Shown: piece by piece, positions 7,159 to 15,714 of the stretch
Position numbering within the stretch: position 1 is the first letter of the stretch
How the letters are laid out: each line of letters opens with the position of its first letter
NCBI GenBank assembly: GCA_027533395.1
Contig: JAPZUF010000004.1
Location: 205,304 to 237,303 of the forward strand
From: Cyclobacteriaceae bacterium
GTDB lineage: Bacteria > Bacteroidota > Bacteroidia > Cytophagales > Cyclobacteriaceae
Length of the DNA: 32,000 bases
Direction of reading: 5' to 3'
Notes under the pieces: model-generated
Databases searched by the model: none
Told to the model about the DNA's origin: nothing
Seen by the model: the letters and a program-made list of their open reading frames with translations, nothing else
Position numbers and translations under genes: made by a program

Positions 7159-8343
7159 CTATGAAACGTGTAAAACAAGGCCTTTTAAATATTCACCTTC
7201 CGGATGATAAATAGAAAAAGGATGGTCTGGAGGTTGAGAAAGTCTGTGAATAACCCTAACTTCTCTACCGGTTTGAATAGCGGCTGCCGTTACGGCACCT
7301 AAAAATAAATCGTGGTCGATTACTTGTGAGCACGAAAAAGTAAATAAAAATCCTCCTGATTTTACCTGTTGTAAACCTGCTGCATTTAAGCGGGTATATC
7401 CTTTTATAGCCTGGTGTTTGGCATCTCGGTGTTTAGCGAAGGCAGGTGGATCAAGAATAACAATATCGTAAAGAAGGTTTTGGTGTTCCTTAAAAAACTG
7501 AAAAGTATCAAGCGCAAAACAAGCATGTTGTTCTGCGCTAAACCCGTTTGCCATAAAATTTCTTTTGGTTAATTCTATTGCTTTTGCTGAGGCATCAACA
7601 GAATGTACCAAACTCGCTCCTTGATTTAGCGCGTAAACCGAAAAACCACCAGAATAACAAAACGTATTAAGAACGCTTTTGCCGTTAGCATAATCTCCAA
7701 TCATTTTTCTATTGTCACGCTGATCTAAGAAAAACCCAGTTTTTTGTCCGCTTTCCCAATCAATTAAAAAGGTATGGTTGTTTTCCTTAACAGCATGTGG
7801 CTGTGCCATCATCCCAAAAAGATATTCATCTTTAATATCGGCCTTGCCATTGGCTAAAGTAGATTGGCTTTTATAATAAACTGTATTTAAACAGGAGCCA
7901 AGTAAGGTTTGTAAAGCCTCAGCTATTTTAAATCGGTCTTCATGCATGCCCCAAGAGTGCGCCTGAACAACGGCCGCTCCTTTATACCAATCGATTATTA
8001 AGCCAGGTAAACCATCTCCCTCTCCATGAATTAGTCGGTAACAATTAGTACTTTCTTCATCAAATAATGATTCTCTTAATTTTAAAGCGTTTTTAAACTT
8101 GAGTAAATAAAATTCTTTACCTAAATCAGCCGCACCAAACTGTAGCATACGCACACTGATGGTAGCTTGCTGGTAATGCCCAAAACCTAGCAGTTTTTTA
8201 TCGGCACTGTAAACAGATACCCAGTCGCCATCTTTTATGTTTTTACTAGTGTAAGCTATTGCACCGGAAAAGACCCAAGGATGAAACCTTTTAATAGAAT
8301 GTTCTTTCTCTTTTTTTAATGAAATGCTACCACTTACAACCAT
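7159..8343 (-). CDS. rlmI: 23S rRNA (cytosine-C5)-methyltransferase RlmI-like (PUA domain plus class I SAM methyltransferase)
   Basis: KRFHPWVFSGAI near the N-terminus (the E. coli RlmI equivalent is RRHPWVFSGAV), plus LNTFCYSGGFSV and ILDPPAF SAM-methyltransferase motifs. I chose the start at M10 (8343) because the track start at 8370 leaves only 10 bp to the divergent gene. Confidence 0.75.
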   Translation of the reverse strand: MVVSGSISLKKEKEHSIKRFHPWVFSGAIAYTSKNIKDGDWVSVYSADKKLLGFGHYQQATISVRMLQFGAADLGKEFYLLKFKNALKLRESLFDEESTNCYRLIHGEGDGLPGLIIDWYKGAAVVQAHSWGMHEDRFKIAEALQTLLGSCLNTVYYKSQSTLANGKADIKDEYLFGMMAQPHAVKENNHTFLIDWESGQKTGFFLDQRDNRKMIGDYANGKSVLNTFCYSGGFSVYALNQGASLVHSVDASAKAIELTKRNFMANGFSAEQHACFALDTFQFFKEHQNLLYDIVILDPPAFAKHRDAKHQAIKGYTRLNAAGLQQVKSGGFLFTFSCSQVIDHDLFLGAVTAAAIQTGREVRVIHRLSQPPDHPFSIYHPEGEYLKGLVLHVS

Positions 8344-8416
8344 ACTTTCAAAGGTATGAAAAGCCAACAAAACCTAGGGAATGCAAATCAGAACTGTAAA
8401 TTTGTTTATATCATTT

Positions 8417-10300
8417 ATGACCTATTCTAAAAACTTCAAAATCCTATTTGTTATTTTGGTGGTTTTAACCATTATTCAGTTAGAAGTTTCTGCGCAGGTC
8501 AATACATCAACAATTGATTCATTAAATAAAAAAGCAAAGTCACTGATTTTTAGTGATTTTACGCAAGCCCTACATTTAACCGAAACTGCGCTCAGGAAAT
8601 CTCAAGAAATAAGTTATATAAAAGGTGAGGCAACTGCTTATCGAAATTTCGCGACTTTATACTCGCGCAGTTTTAATTTTTATTACAGTTTAAAGTTTTC
8701 TAAACTATCTCTTAAACATTTTGAACAAGTGGGAGATAGCGCAGGAATGGCTGATAATTACATAACGCTTGGCCATACTTTTCGTAGACAGAACGAACTT
8801 ACTACTTCTTATCAGTATTATTTGAAGGCAACAAATATTTATAAAGAACTAAATCAACCAGAAAGATTGGCAGTTTGTCTGCACAGTTTAGGCGAAGCGG
8901 AGTTAGCCTTGGGGATGTTTGATAAAGCAATAGAGAATAATAAAACAGCGATTAAAATATTTGAAGAAAGTGGAGACGTGGCAGCAATACCTGGCTGTTA
9001 TAATGTTGTGGGTTGGGCATACTTAGAGAAAAATGAAAATCAAAAGGCAAAAGAGTATTTCGATAGAGCGCAGGCATTATACAAAAATGAAACCTTGTCT
9101 ATGCCTAAAGAAACCGAAATAAGAATATTAACAGGCATGGCGAGGTATTTCCATGAAATCAATAAAATAGAAAAAGAACAAGAACTACTATTTACAGCAT
9201 TTCAATTAGCAATCAATTATCAGGCATATTACGAAGCAGTTCAAGTATCACAAGCGATAAGTTTATTCCGTAAAGAACATCCTCAATTAGCATTTCCAGA
9301 ATCATTCTTGCAAAATCATTTAATGGCAACCGATAGTTTGTTTCATCAATTGATAAGAAACCATGCGGGTTTTTCTAAAATAGCAATGGAAACGATAGCC
9401 CTTGAAACACAAAACGAAAAATTGGCCGTTACAACTCAAGTACAAGCTGCAGTAATAGATAAACAAAGTGATAGATTTTTTTATCTAATTATTATCGCAG
9501 TTTTAATGGTAATCATTATAGTCATTACAACTATATCATCAAAGCAAATCCGAAACCAAAGCAGTGAGTTAAAATCTAAATCAATAAAATTGCAAGAAGC
9601 ACTTGATCAGCGTAACAAATTTTTTAGTATTGTTGCCCACGATTTACGCAGCCCTTTAACTACCCTTGCTGTATTTTCTGATTTATTGGCAAAGCGAGCC
9701 GAAGTTTTGTCAACAGAAGAATTAAAAAAAATGGGAGCTGAATTAAAAGAGTCTGTAACCAACACTTTGAGAATGACAGAAAACCTGCTCACCTGGGCAC
9801 GTTCTCAAGCAGAAGAATATACGATTAAAAAAGAGAAGTTTGATTTAGGAGCAAGCATACAACTAGAAATTGAATTGCTGAAAGAACCTGCCAAAGAAAA
9901 GTTGATTGAAATCAATTTTCAACCAACTCAACATACTTGGGTTGAAGCAGATAAAAATCAAATGGCATTTGTTTTCCGAAATTTAATTAACAATGCTATT
10001 AAGTTTTCAAAAATTGAAAGCACCATTACTATTTCTATCTCTTCAAACAAAACGGAACATATCATTTCCATTGTAGATCAAGGTTTGGGTATTACGCAAG
10101 AAAAATTAAAACTTCTTTTTCAAGCAGGCAAAAAAGTAACACAACTTGGCACTAAAGGCGAAAAAGGAACCGGACTGGGTTTGGTTTTGTGCAAAGAGTT
10201 TATCCAAAAAAATAATGGAAGCATTCAAATTTATAGCGATGGCATAGGTAAAGGAACAACGGCTATCGTTAAGCTTCCTAAGAGCATTAACGATAATTAA
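8417..10300 (+). CDS. Membrane sensor histidine kinase with an N-terminal TPR-repeat sensor region
   Basis: Signal/TM segment, about 7 TPR-like repeats, a TM segment (FFYLIIIAVLMVIIIVITTI), H-box FSIVAHDLRSPL, N-box FRNLINNAIKFS, and G-boxes DQGLGI and GTGLGL. The start is taken at M13, just downstream of the -7-like box TAAATTTG (8397-8404). Confidence 0.8.
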   Translation: MTYSKNFKILFVILVVLTIIQLEVSAQVNTSTIDSLNKKAKSLIFSDFTQALHLTETALRKSQEISYIKGEATAYRNFATLYSRSFNFYYSLKFSKLSLKHFEQVGDSAGMADNYITLGHTFRRQNELTTSYQYYLKATNIYKELNQPERLAVCLHSLGEAELALGMFDKAIENNKTAIKIFEESGDVAAIPGCYNVVGWAYLEKNENQKAKEYFDRAQALYKNETLSMPKETEIRILTGMARYFHEINKIEKEQELLFTAFQLAINYQAYYEAVQVSQAISLFRKEHPQLAFPESFLQNHLMATDSLFHQLIRNHAGFSKIAMETIALETQNEKLAVTTQVQAAVIDKQSDRFFYLIIIAVLMVIIIVITTISSKQIRNQSSELKSKSIKLQEALDQRNKFFSIVAHDLRSPLTTLAVFSDLLAKRAEVLSTEELKKMGAELKESVTNTLRMTENLLTWARSQAEEYTIKKEKFDLGASIQLEIELLKEPAKEKLIEINFQPTQHTWVEADKNQMAFVFRNLINNAIKFSKIESTITISISSNKTEHIISIVDQGLGITQEKLKLLFQAGKKVTQLGTKGEKGTGLGLVLCKEFIQKNNGSIQIYSDGIGKGTTAIVKLPKSINDN

Positions 10301-10484
10301 CCGTCTCCTCAAAACCAAAAGCTAGCGGTCTGCGTTTACTTTCTCACAAAAGCAAGACTGACAAATTTTCATTAACTAATATATTAGCCTGCTTTTTGCT
10401 AAGTTAAAATCAATTTTTTTGATTCATTTTGATAATTTTTTGATGTTGAAATGACAATTATTAAATCTTAAAACCAATTATAAC

Positions 10485-11981
10485 ATGAAACAATTTGGTG
10501 CACTAACAATGGCAGCCATGCTAGGTAGCATCCTCACATTGGTTGCGTACAACTGGCTAAATGATGGCAATAAAAAAAGTATAAACCTAGGCACACAAAC
10601 ACCTGTTGCCAACGTTGCCTACACACTAAACGAAAAGGGTGAAGCTATACCGCTCGATTTCACAGGCACAGCAGAAAAGGTAACGAAAGCGGTTGTACAC
10701 ATACGTTCTACCCAAAAAGAAAATCAACGTAACGAACAATTATTTATCGATCCCTTCAGAGAATTTTTTGGTGGTCCGCAAAGACCTATGCAACCCATGC
10801 AACCTGCGCAATCTACTGGTTCAGGAGTCATTATCAACCAAGAAGGTTACATAGTTACCAACAACCACGTAGTTAACGATGCAGCTATAGTAGAGGTAAC
10901 GCTGTCAGACAATCGTTCCTTCAAAGCCGAGGTAATTGGCACAGACCCCGACACCGATTTAGCCGTTTTAAAAATCAAAGAAAAGAATCTACCCTTTCTT
11001 TCATTTGTAGATTCTGATAAAGCTAAAGTAGGCGAATGGGTTTTAGCCGTTGGTAATCCTTTTAATTTAAACTCAACTGTTACGGCAGGTATCATTAGTG
11101 CCAAAGGCAGAAACATCGGTATTGTTAACAGAGAAGGTCGTGCCACCAACGAACTAGGCAACACAGCCATCGAATCCTTTATCCAAACAGATGCAGCCAT
11201 CAATCCCGGAAACAGTGGTGGCGCATTGGTAGATTTAAACGGAGGTTTACTTGGCATCAACACAGCTATTGCCAGCCCTACCGGAGCTTATTCTGGTTAT
11301 GGTTTTGCAGTACCATCCGACATCGTTAAGAAAATTGTGGAAGACCTTATCGAGTTCGGTGTAGTGCAACGTGGTTGGTTGGGTGTTAGCATTGTTAGCG
11401 TAAACAACGATGTAGCTAAAGAATACGACTTAAACATTTTAGAAGGTGCTTACATCTCTGCCTTTGCTGAAAAATCTTCAGCTAAAGATGCAGGTCTTAA
11501 AGAAGGAGATGTAGTAGTTAAAATTGACGATACTGCTATTAAAACCAGCACAGCTCTAATCGAATACATCGGTAGAAAACGCCCGGGAGATAAAGTAAAC
11601 GTAACTGTAAACCGACAAGGAAAGGAATTAATTTTTCCTGTAACGCTTAAAGCACGTGATGGTAAAACAAGTGTTGTAAAACCAGAAGAACGCACAGGCT
11701 TTGCATCACTCGGAATTGAATTAGAAGATGCCGATGCTAAACTCTTAAAAAAATTAGAATTACAACATGGTATCAAAATTAAAAATTTGGCTAACGGAAG
11801 ATTGGCGAGAGAAACCGATATCCGCGAAGGCTTTATCATCACACATGTGAACGATACACCTGTAAAATCCGTTAAAGAATTCAACGAACTAATGAAAAAG
11901 AAAAAGACAGGCGATTTAATCATCCTAAGCGGCACTTACGAAGACTTCCCCAAAGAATTCAACTATGCCATTCGCTTATAA
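10485..11981 (+). CDS. htrA: Periplasmic serine endopeptidase of the Do/HtrA/DegP family with two PDZ domains
   Basis: 498-aa ORF. Catalytic triad context: TNNHVV (His), DLAVLKI (Asp) and GNSGGALV (Ser). Two PDZ-like C-terminal segments. Confidence 0.9.
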   Translation: MKQFGALTMAAMLGSILTLVAYNWLNDGNKKSINLGTQTPVANVAYTLNEKGEAIPLDFTGTAEKVTKAVVHIRSTQKENQRNEQLFIDPFREFFGGPQRPMQPMQPAQSTGSGVIINQEGYIVTNNHVVNDAAIVEVTLSDNRSFKAEVIGTDPDTDLAVLKIKEKNLPFLSFVDSDKAKVGEWVLAVGNPFNLNSTVTAGIISAKGRNIGIVNREGRATNELGNTAIESFIQTDAAINPGNSGGALVDLNGGLLGINTAIASPTGAYSGYGFAVPSDIVKKIVEDLIEFGVVQRGWLGVSIVSVNNDVAKEYDLNILEGAYISAFAEKSSAKDAGLKEGDVVVKIDDTAIKTSTALIEYIGRKRPGDKVNVTVNRQGKELIFPVTLKARDGKTSVVKPEERTGFASLGIELEDADAKLLKKLELQHGIKIKNLANGRLARETDIREGFIITHVNDTPVKSVKEFNELMKKKKTGDLIILSGTYEDFPKEFNYAIRL

Positions 11982-12054
11982 AAAGGTTACATAAACTTGC
12001 TTTTTCGTTATAGATTAGTACATTTAACAAGCATTAAACTCGTTTTTTGTTATT

Positions 12055-12228
12055 ATGAGGAGATTGTTTAGAAAAGGCGAACGCGTTCGCAACAAGTTAG
12101 ACGGTAAAGTGATGGAAGTTTTAAGGTACATCAAAAACAATGTGGTAGAAGTAAAATGGTTCGATCTCGATTCAAAAGAAGTAAGAACCAACACAGTAAA
12201 AGAAGACAAATTATCTAAGGCAGCTTAG
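12055..12228 (+). CDS. Small conserved-looking protein (57 aa), YodC/DUF2158-like pattern
   Basis: Hand translation: MRRLFRKGERVRNKLDGKVMEVLRYIKNNVVEVKWFDLDSKEVRTNTVKEDKLSKAA. ATG at 12055, TAG at 12226-12228, followed directly by a terminator hairpin. It falls below the track length cut-off; the track shows only its antisense ORF (12024..12209). Confidence 0.5.
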   Translation: MRRLFRKGERVRNKLDGKVMEVLRYIKNNVVEVKWFDLDSKEVRTNTVKEDKLSKAA

Positions 12229-12249
12229 CCGGCCATTGTAGATAAATTA

Positions 12250-12290
12250 AACATGCATAGCTTGGGAAACCCCTTGCCGTGCATGTTTTT
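12250..12290 (+). terminator. Intrinsic terminator of the small ORF
   Basis: Stem AACATGCA / TGCATGTT (12250-12257 / 12280-12287) followed by TTTTTATATTTTT. The loop is long (22 nt) and has internal GGG/CCC pairing. Confidence 0.55.
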
Positions 12291-12399
12291 ATATTTTTAC
12301 AGAAAGCCTATACTATTTATTCACATAAATTATTCAATGCTTCTGCCCTGTCAAACGTTATCACCTAACAGCATGAAGTAAAACATATAGCTAGGCGTT

Positions 12400-12504
12400 G
12401 CTGTTTGCATGGTAAGCCATACAAACAGCCGGGCTGTACGTGGCTTCGGTCTAGCCATACAGCTAGACTGCTTCGCACCACTCCCATCCCTAACGCGAAG
12501 TCTA
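12400..12504 (+). ncRNA. Candidate structured small RNA or structured extragenic element: three contiguous GC-rich hairpins
   Basis: H1 (12400-12429): a 12-bp stem GCTGTTTGcATGG / CCATaCAAACAGC with loop UAAG. H2 (12433-12463): GCTGTA...TACAGC with inner TGGC/GCCA and a C-UUCG-G motif at 12444-12449. H3 (12464-12504): TAGAC...TTCGC / GCGAAGTCTA with an 18-nt loop, followed by a T-rich tail. No family was recognised and the strand is uncertain. Confidence 0.3.
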
Positions 12505-12585
12505 TCAATTATTATTTTGATTTTGAGAAGTATAGATTTTTCAGATCTAAATTTTTATTCGACACATTGACAAGTATGATTTCAA

Positions 12586-14379
12586 TTAACCTTCTACCCC
12601 TAAATCCTCTGTAGCACTTTGCTTATCGAAGAGTTCGCGGTACAAACCATTTTGTTCGAGTAAAAAATCGTGCGTACCACTTTCGATGACTTGTCCATCT
12701 ACCAAAACAATTATTTTATTAGCAAGCTTAGCAGAAGATACCCGATGCGAAATAATAATCGTGGTTCTGCCTTGCATAATGCGTTTTAAATTATTTAAAA
12801 TATTGTTTTCTGTTTTGGTATCAACAGCGCTTAAAGCATCATCTAACATTAAAATTTTAGGTTCGCGCACAATGGCACGCGCAATGGAAACCCTTTGTTT
12901 TTGTCCGCCCGAAAGTGTAATACCTCTTTCGCCAACACGCGTTTCAAAACTTTGAGGAAAAGAAATAATGTTTTCATAGACATCCGCATCTTGAGCTGCC
13001 TGATACACTTTTTTATCGCCTGGGTCGTGCATACCAAAACGAATGTTATTATAGATGCTGTCGCTAAATAAGAAAACATCTTGCGGCACATAGCCAATTT
13101 GGGCGCGTAAGTTTTGTAAATGATAATCTTGTATGGGTACGTTATCAATTAATATTTCTCCATCTCGTACATCATACATGCGGCTGATTAAATTTGAAAC
13201 CGTGCTTTTTCCGCTACCGGTAGTTCCAATAATGGCGAGCGATTCACCGGGTTTGACTTCAAAAGAAATATTTTTTAGTGCTTTTATGCCAGTATCAGGA
13301 TAAGTGAAAGAAACATTCTTAAACTCAATTTTTCCTTCAATTTCTTTGCTAATATTTTTTTCTGAAACAATGTTGGTTTCAGTTTTTAAAAATTCGTTGA
13401 TTCTTTTTTGCGATGCTTCTGCTCTTTGTACCAGCGAGCTGGTCCAACCTAATGAAGTTACAGGCCAGGTAAGCAAGTTTACATAAATGATAAACTCTGC
13501 AATGTTACCAAAGGTAAGTGTTCCGTTTAACACTTCGGTACTGCCAGCATATACTGTCAACAAAGTACTAACGCCAATCAATCCCATGATCAAAGGATAA
13601 AACATGGATTGTACTTTGGTTAGTTTTAAAGATTCTTTTCTGTAATTATCGCTTTCCACAGCAAAGTTTTTCATCGATTCGCTTTCGCGGTTAAAAGATT
13701 TTAAAACACGAATGCCACTAAAAGCTTCTTGTACAAAAGTTGAAAGTTTAGATTGATGTTTTTGTATCTGCTCACTTCTTCTTTCAATTTTATTATTTAC
13801 CCAGAAGATGCTAATAGACAAAATAGGTAAAGGGGCTAAAGCGTACCAAGTTAAAGTAGGGCTTTTATCAAACATGATTGGAATTAACATTACAAAAAGT
13901 GTAACCAATTGCAGACCATACATAATGGCTGGTCCTAAATACATGCGAACGCGCCCAACATCTTCGCTTATTCTGTTCATCAAATCGCCTGTGTTGTTTC
14001 TTCTGTAAAAACTAAGTGGAAGTGATTGATAATGATCGTAGATTTCATTTTTCAAATCATACTCTACCAAGCGCGACATAACGATGATGGTTTGTCTTAC
14101 AAAATATAAAAACACACCACGCAGAAAGGCCATCAATACAATTAAGCCTGCGTATAGAAGAATTCCTCCTGCAAAAACTGAAAAGAATTTTTCCTGTGCA
14201 GACAAATTATCCAAAGCCTGATACAACAAAATGTTATCAACTACCAAATCGAGTGAACTACGCACTAACTGAGCAGGAATAATCTGAAAAAGGTTAGAAA
14301 TGATGACAAATACTGTTCCGAGCACCAAATGCCATTTGTATTTTAACAGGTATTTATTAAGGTATTTAAGTTCTTTCAT
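12586..14379 (-). CDS. ABC transporter, fused permease/ATP-binding exporter (MsbA/MdlB-like type)
   Basis: 597-aa ORF with an N-terminal six-TM domain, Walker A GTTGSGKST, signature LSGGQKQR and Walker B ILMLDDALSAVD. Confidence 0.9.
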   Translation of the reverse strand: MKELKYLNKYLLKYKWHLVLGTVFVIISNLFQIIPAQLVRSSLDLVVDNILLYQALDNLSAQEKFFSVFAGGILLYAGLIVLMAFLRGVFLYFVRQTIIVMSRLVEYDLKNEIYDHYQSLPLSFYRRNNTGDLMNRISEDVGRVRMYLGPAIMYGLQLVTLFVMLIPIMFDKSPTLTWYALAPLPILSISIFWVNNKIERRSEQIQKHQSKLSTFVQEAFSGIRVLKSFNRESESMKNFAVESDNYRKESLKLTKVQSMFYPLIMGLIGVSTLLTVYAGSTEVLNGTLTFGNIAEFIIYVNLLTWPVTSLGWTSSLVQRAEASQKRINEFLKTETNIVSEKNISKEIEGKIEFKNVSFTYPDTGIKALKNISFEVKPGESLAIIGTTGSGKSTVSNLISRMYDVRDGEILIDNVPIQDYHLQNLRAQIGYVPQDVFLFSDSIYNNIRFGMHDPGDKKVYQAAQDADVYENIISFPQSFETRVGERGITLSGGQKQRVSIARAIVREPKILMLDDALSAVDTKTENNILNNLKRIMQGRTTIIISHRVSSAKLANKIIVLVDGQVIESGTHDFLLEQNGLYRELFDKQSATEDLGVEG

Positions 14380-14518
14380 GTAAGAAAATTCGGGACTCCC
14401 CGATTAGAACGAAATATTGTTTTTAAAGTTCGCGCAAACGTTTGAAATGCCCTAACTTTGCAGTGTTTCGATGTTTATCGAGCACACAAACTTAAGTAAA
14501 AACAAACGCAAAATTTCC

Positions 14519-15616
14519 ATGCAGGTAAAAGAACTTGAAAAGACTGAGACGGGCATCTTCGGATCGCTTTATCAGATGGGTCATGAACAAGTTGTTTTTT
14601 GTTATGACGAAGCCACAGGCCTTAAAGCCATCATTGGCATTCACAACACTGTGTTAGGTCCCGCATTGGGCGGTACCCGCATGTGGCATTATGCGAACGA
14701 ACAAGAAGCCATCACTGATGTATTGCGTTTATCGCGAGGCATGACATTTAAAGCTGCCATTAGCGGTTTAAATTTAGGTGGAGGAAAAGCTGTGATTATT
14801 GGCGATGCCAAAAAATTAAAATCAGAAGCTTTCATGAGACGCTTCGGTAAGTTTGTGAACAGCTTAAATGGTAAATACATTACAGCCGAAGATGTAAACA
14901 TGAAAACACAAGACATGGAATACATCAGCATGGAAACCAAACACGTTACTGGTTTGCCAGAAAGCATGGGCGGCAGTGGCGATCCCTCTCCAGTTACAGC
15001 TTATGGTGTTTACCTGGGTATGAAATCAACTGCTAAAAAAGTATACGGTTCTGATTCATTGGTCGGCAAAAAAGTGGCAGTGCAAGGTGTTGGCCAAGTA
15101 GGCATGCATTTAGTTGAGCATTTGGTGAAAGAAGGAGCGAAAGTGACCATCAACGATATTTCAGATGAAAAAGTTAAAATGTTGGTTGATAAGTTTGGTG
15201 TAGCAGCTGTAAACTCAGAAGAGATTTTTGATTTAGATATGGATATTTACGCGCCTTGTGCATTGGGTGCAACTTTAAATGATAACACTATTCCTAGGTT
15301 AAAGTGTGCCATTATCGCTGGTGCAGCAAACAACCAATTGAAAGACGAAACTAAACATGGATACATGTTGCGCGACAGAAGCATTACCTATGCTCCAGAT
15401 TTTTTAATCAATGCAGGAGGTTTAATTAATGTGTATAATGAGTTTTTAGGAAATTACAATCGTAAACGCGCATTAGAGCAAGCAGAGAAAATTTATCAAA
15501 CCAATTTATCAATTTTAAATTTGGCTGATGATGAAAAAATATCAAGCCAAGAAGCTGCGATACAATTGGCAGAAAAAAGAATTATGGAAGTTGGAAGAGT
15601 GAGAATTCCTCGCTAA
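14519..15616 (+). CDS. ldh: Leucine dehydrogenase (Glu/Leu/Phe/Val dehydrogenase family)
   Basis: HEQVVFCYDEATGLKAIIGIHNTVLGPALGGTRMW, the catalytic Lys context GGGKAVI, and the Rossmann motif VAVQGVGQVG. The start is taken at M17 (MQVKEL...); the -7-like box TAACTTTG at 14453-14460 would place the transcript start too close to the track start at 14471. Confidence 0.85.
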   Translation: MQVKELEKTETGIFGSLYQMGHEQVVFCYDEATGLKAIIGIHNTVLGPALGGTRMWHYANEQEAITDVLRLSRGMTFKAAISGLNLGGGKAVIIGDAKKLKSEAFMRRFGKFVNSLNGKYITAEDVNMKTQDMEYISMETKHVTGLPESMGGSGDPSPVTAYGVYLGMKSTAKKVYGSDSLVGKKVAVQGVGQVGMHLVEHLVKEGAKVTINDISDEKVKMLVDKFGVAAVNSEEIFDLDMDIYAPCALGATLNDNTIPRLKCAIIAGAANNQLKDETKHGYMLRDRSITYAPDFLINAGGLINVYNEFLGNYNRKRALEQAEKIYQTNLSILNLADDEKISSQEAAIQLAEKRIMEVGRVRIPR

Positions 15617-15640
15617 ACCTTCTTTTCAAACAATCGTTAG

Positions 15641-15683
15641 ACGTTATTTCGGAATAAAACCCCGGAATAACGTTTCTTTTTTT
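15641..15683 (+). terminator. Intrinsic terminator after the dehydrogenase gene
   Basis: Stem ACGTTATTtCGG / CCGGAATAACGT followed by TTCTTTTTTT. Confidence 0.7.
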
Positions 15684-15714
15684 AATTTTGCACCACACAA
15701 GCCGTTCTTACCAC

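Noticed and set aside
7159-8416. The track starts for rlmI (8370) and the histidine kinase (8381), which lie 10 bp apart and divergent.
   Set aside because: They leave no room for promoters. Internal Met starts (8343 and 8417) match the conserved RlmI N-terminus and place a TAAATTTG -7 box upstream of the kinase. For similar reasons I preferred downstream starts for ldh (14519, not 14471), nusB (15715, not the TTG at 15688) and anmK (31706, not 31742).
12024-12209. A 61-aa minus-strand ORF.
   Set aside because: It is antisense to the better-supported 57-codon plus-strand gene (12055..12228), which has a terminator and a plausible small-protein sequence.
12400-12504. The GC-rich hairpin block might be SRP (4.5S) RNA, because the minus strand contains GCGAAGCAG, which resembles the GGAAGCAGCC of SRP domain IV.
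   Set aside because: The corresponding helix has an 18-nt loop instead of the GNRA tetraloop. The conserved symmetric and asymmetric loop context (GGUCC-GGAA-GGAAGCAGCC) is absent. It also does not resemble tmRNA, RNase P or 6S RNA by eye.
12405-12614. A 69-aa plus-strand ORF across the convergent intergenic region.
   Set aside because: It has no recognisable motifs, overlaps the stacked hairpins and runs into the 3' end of the ABC exporter gene on the other strand. The region is better explained as structured non-coding DNA or RNA.
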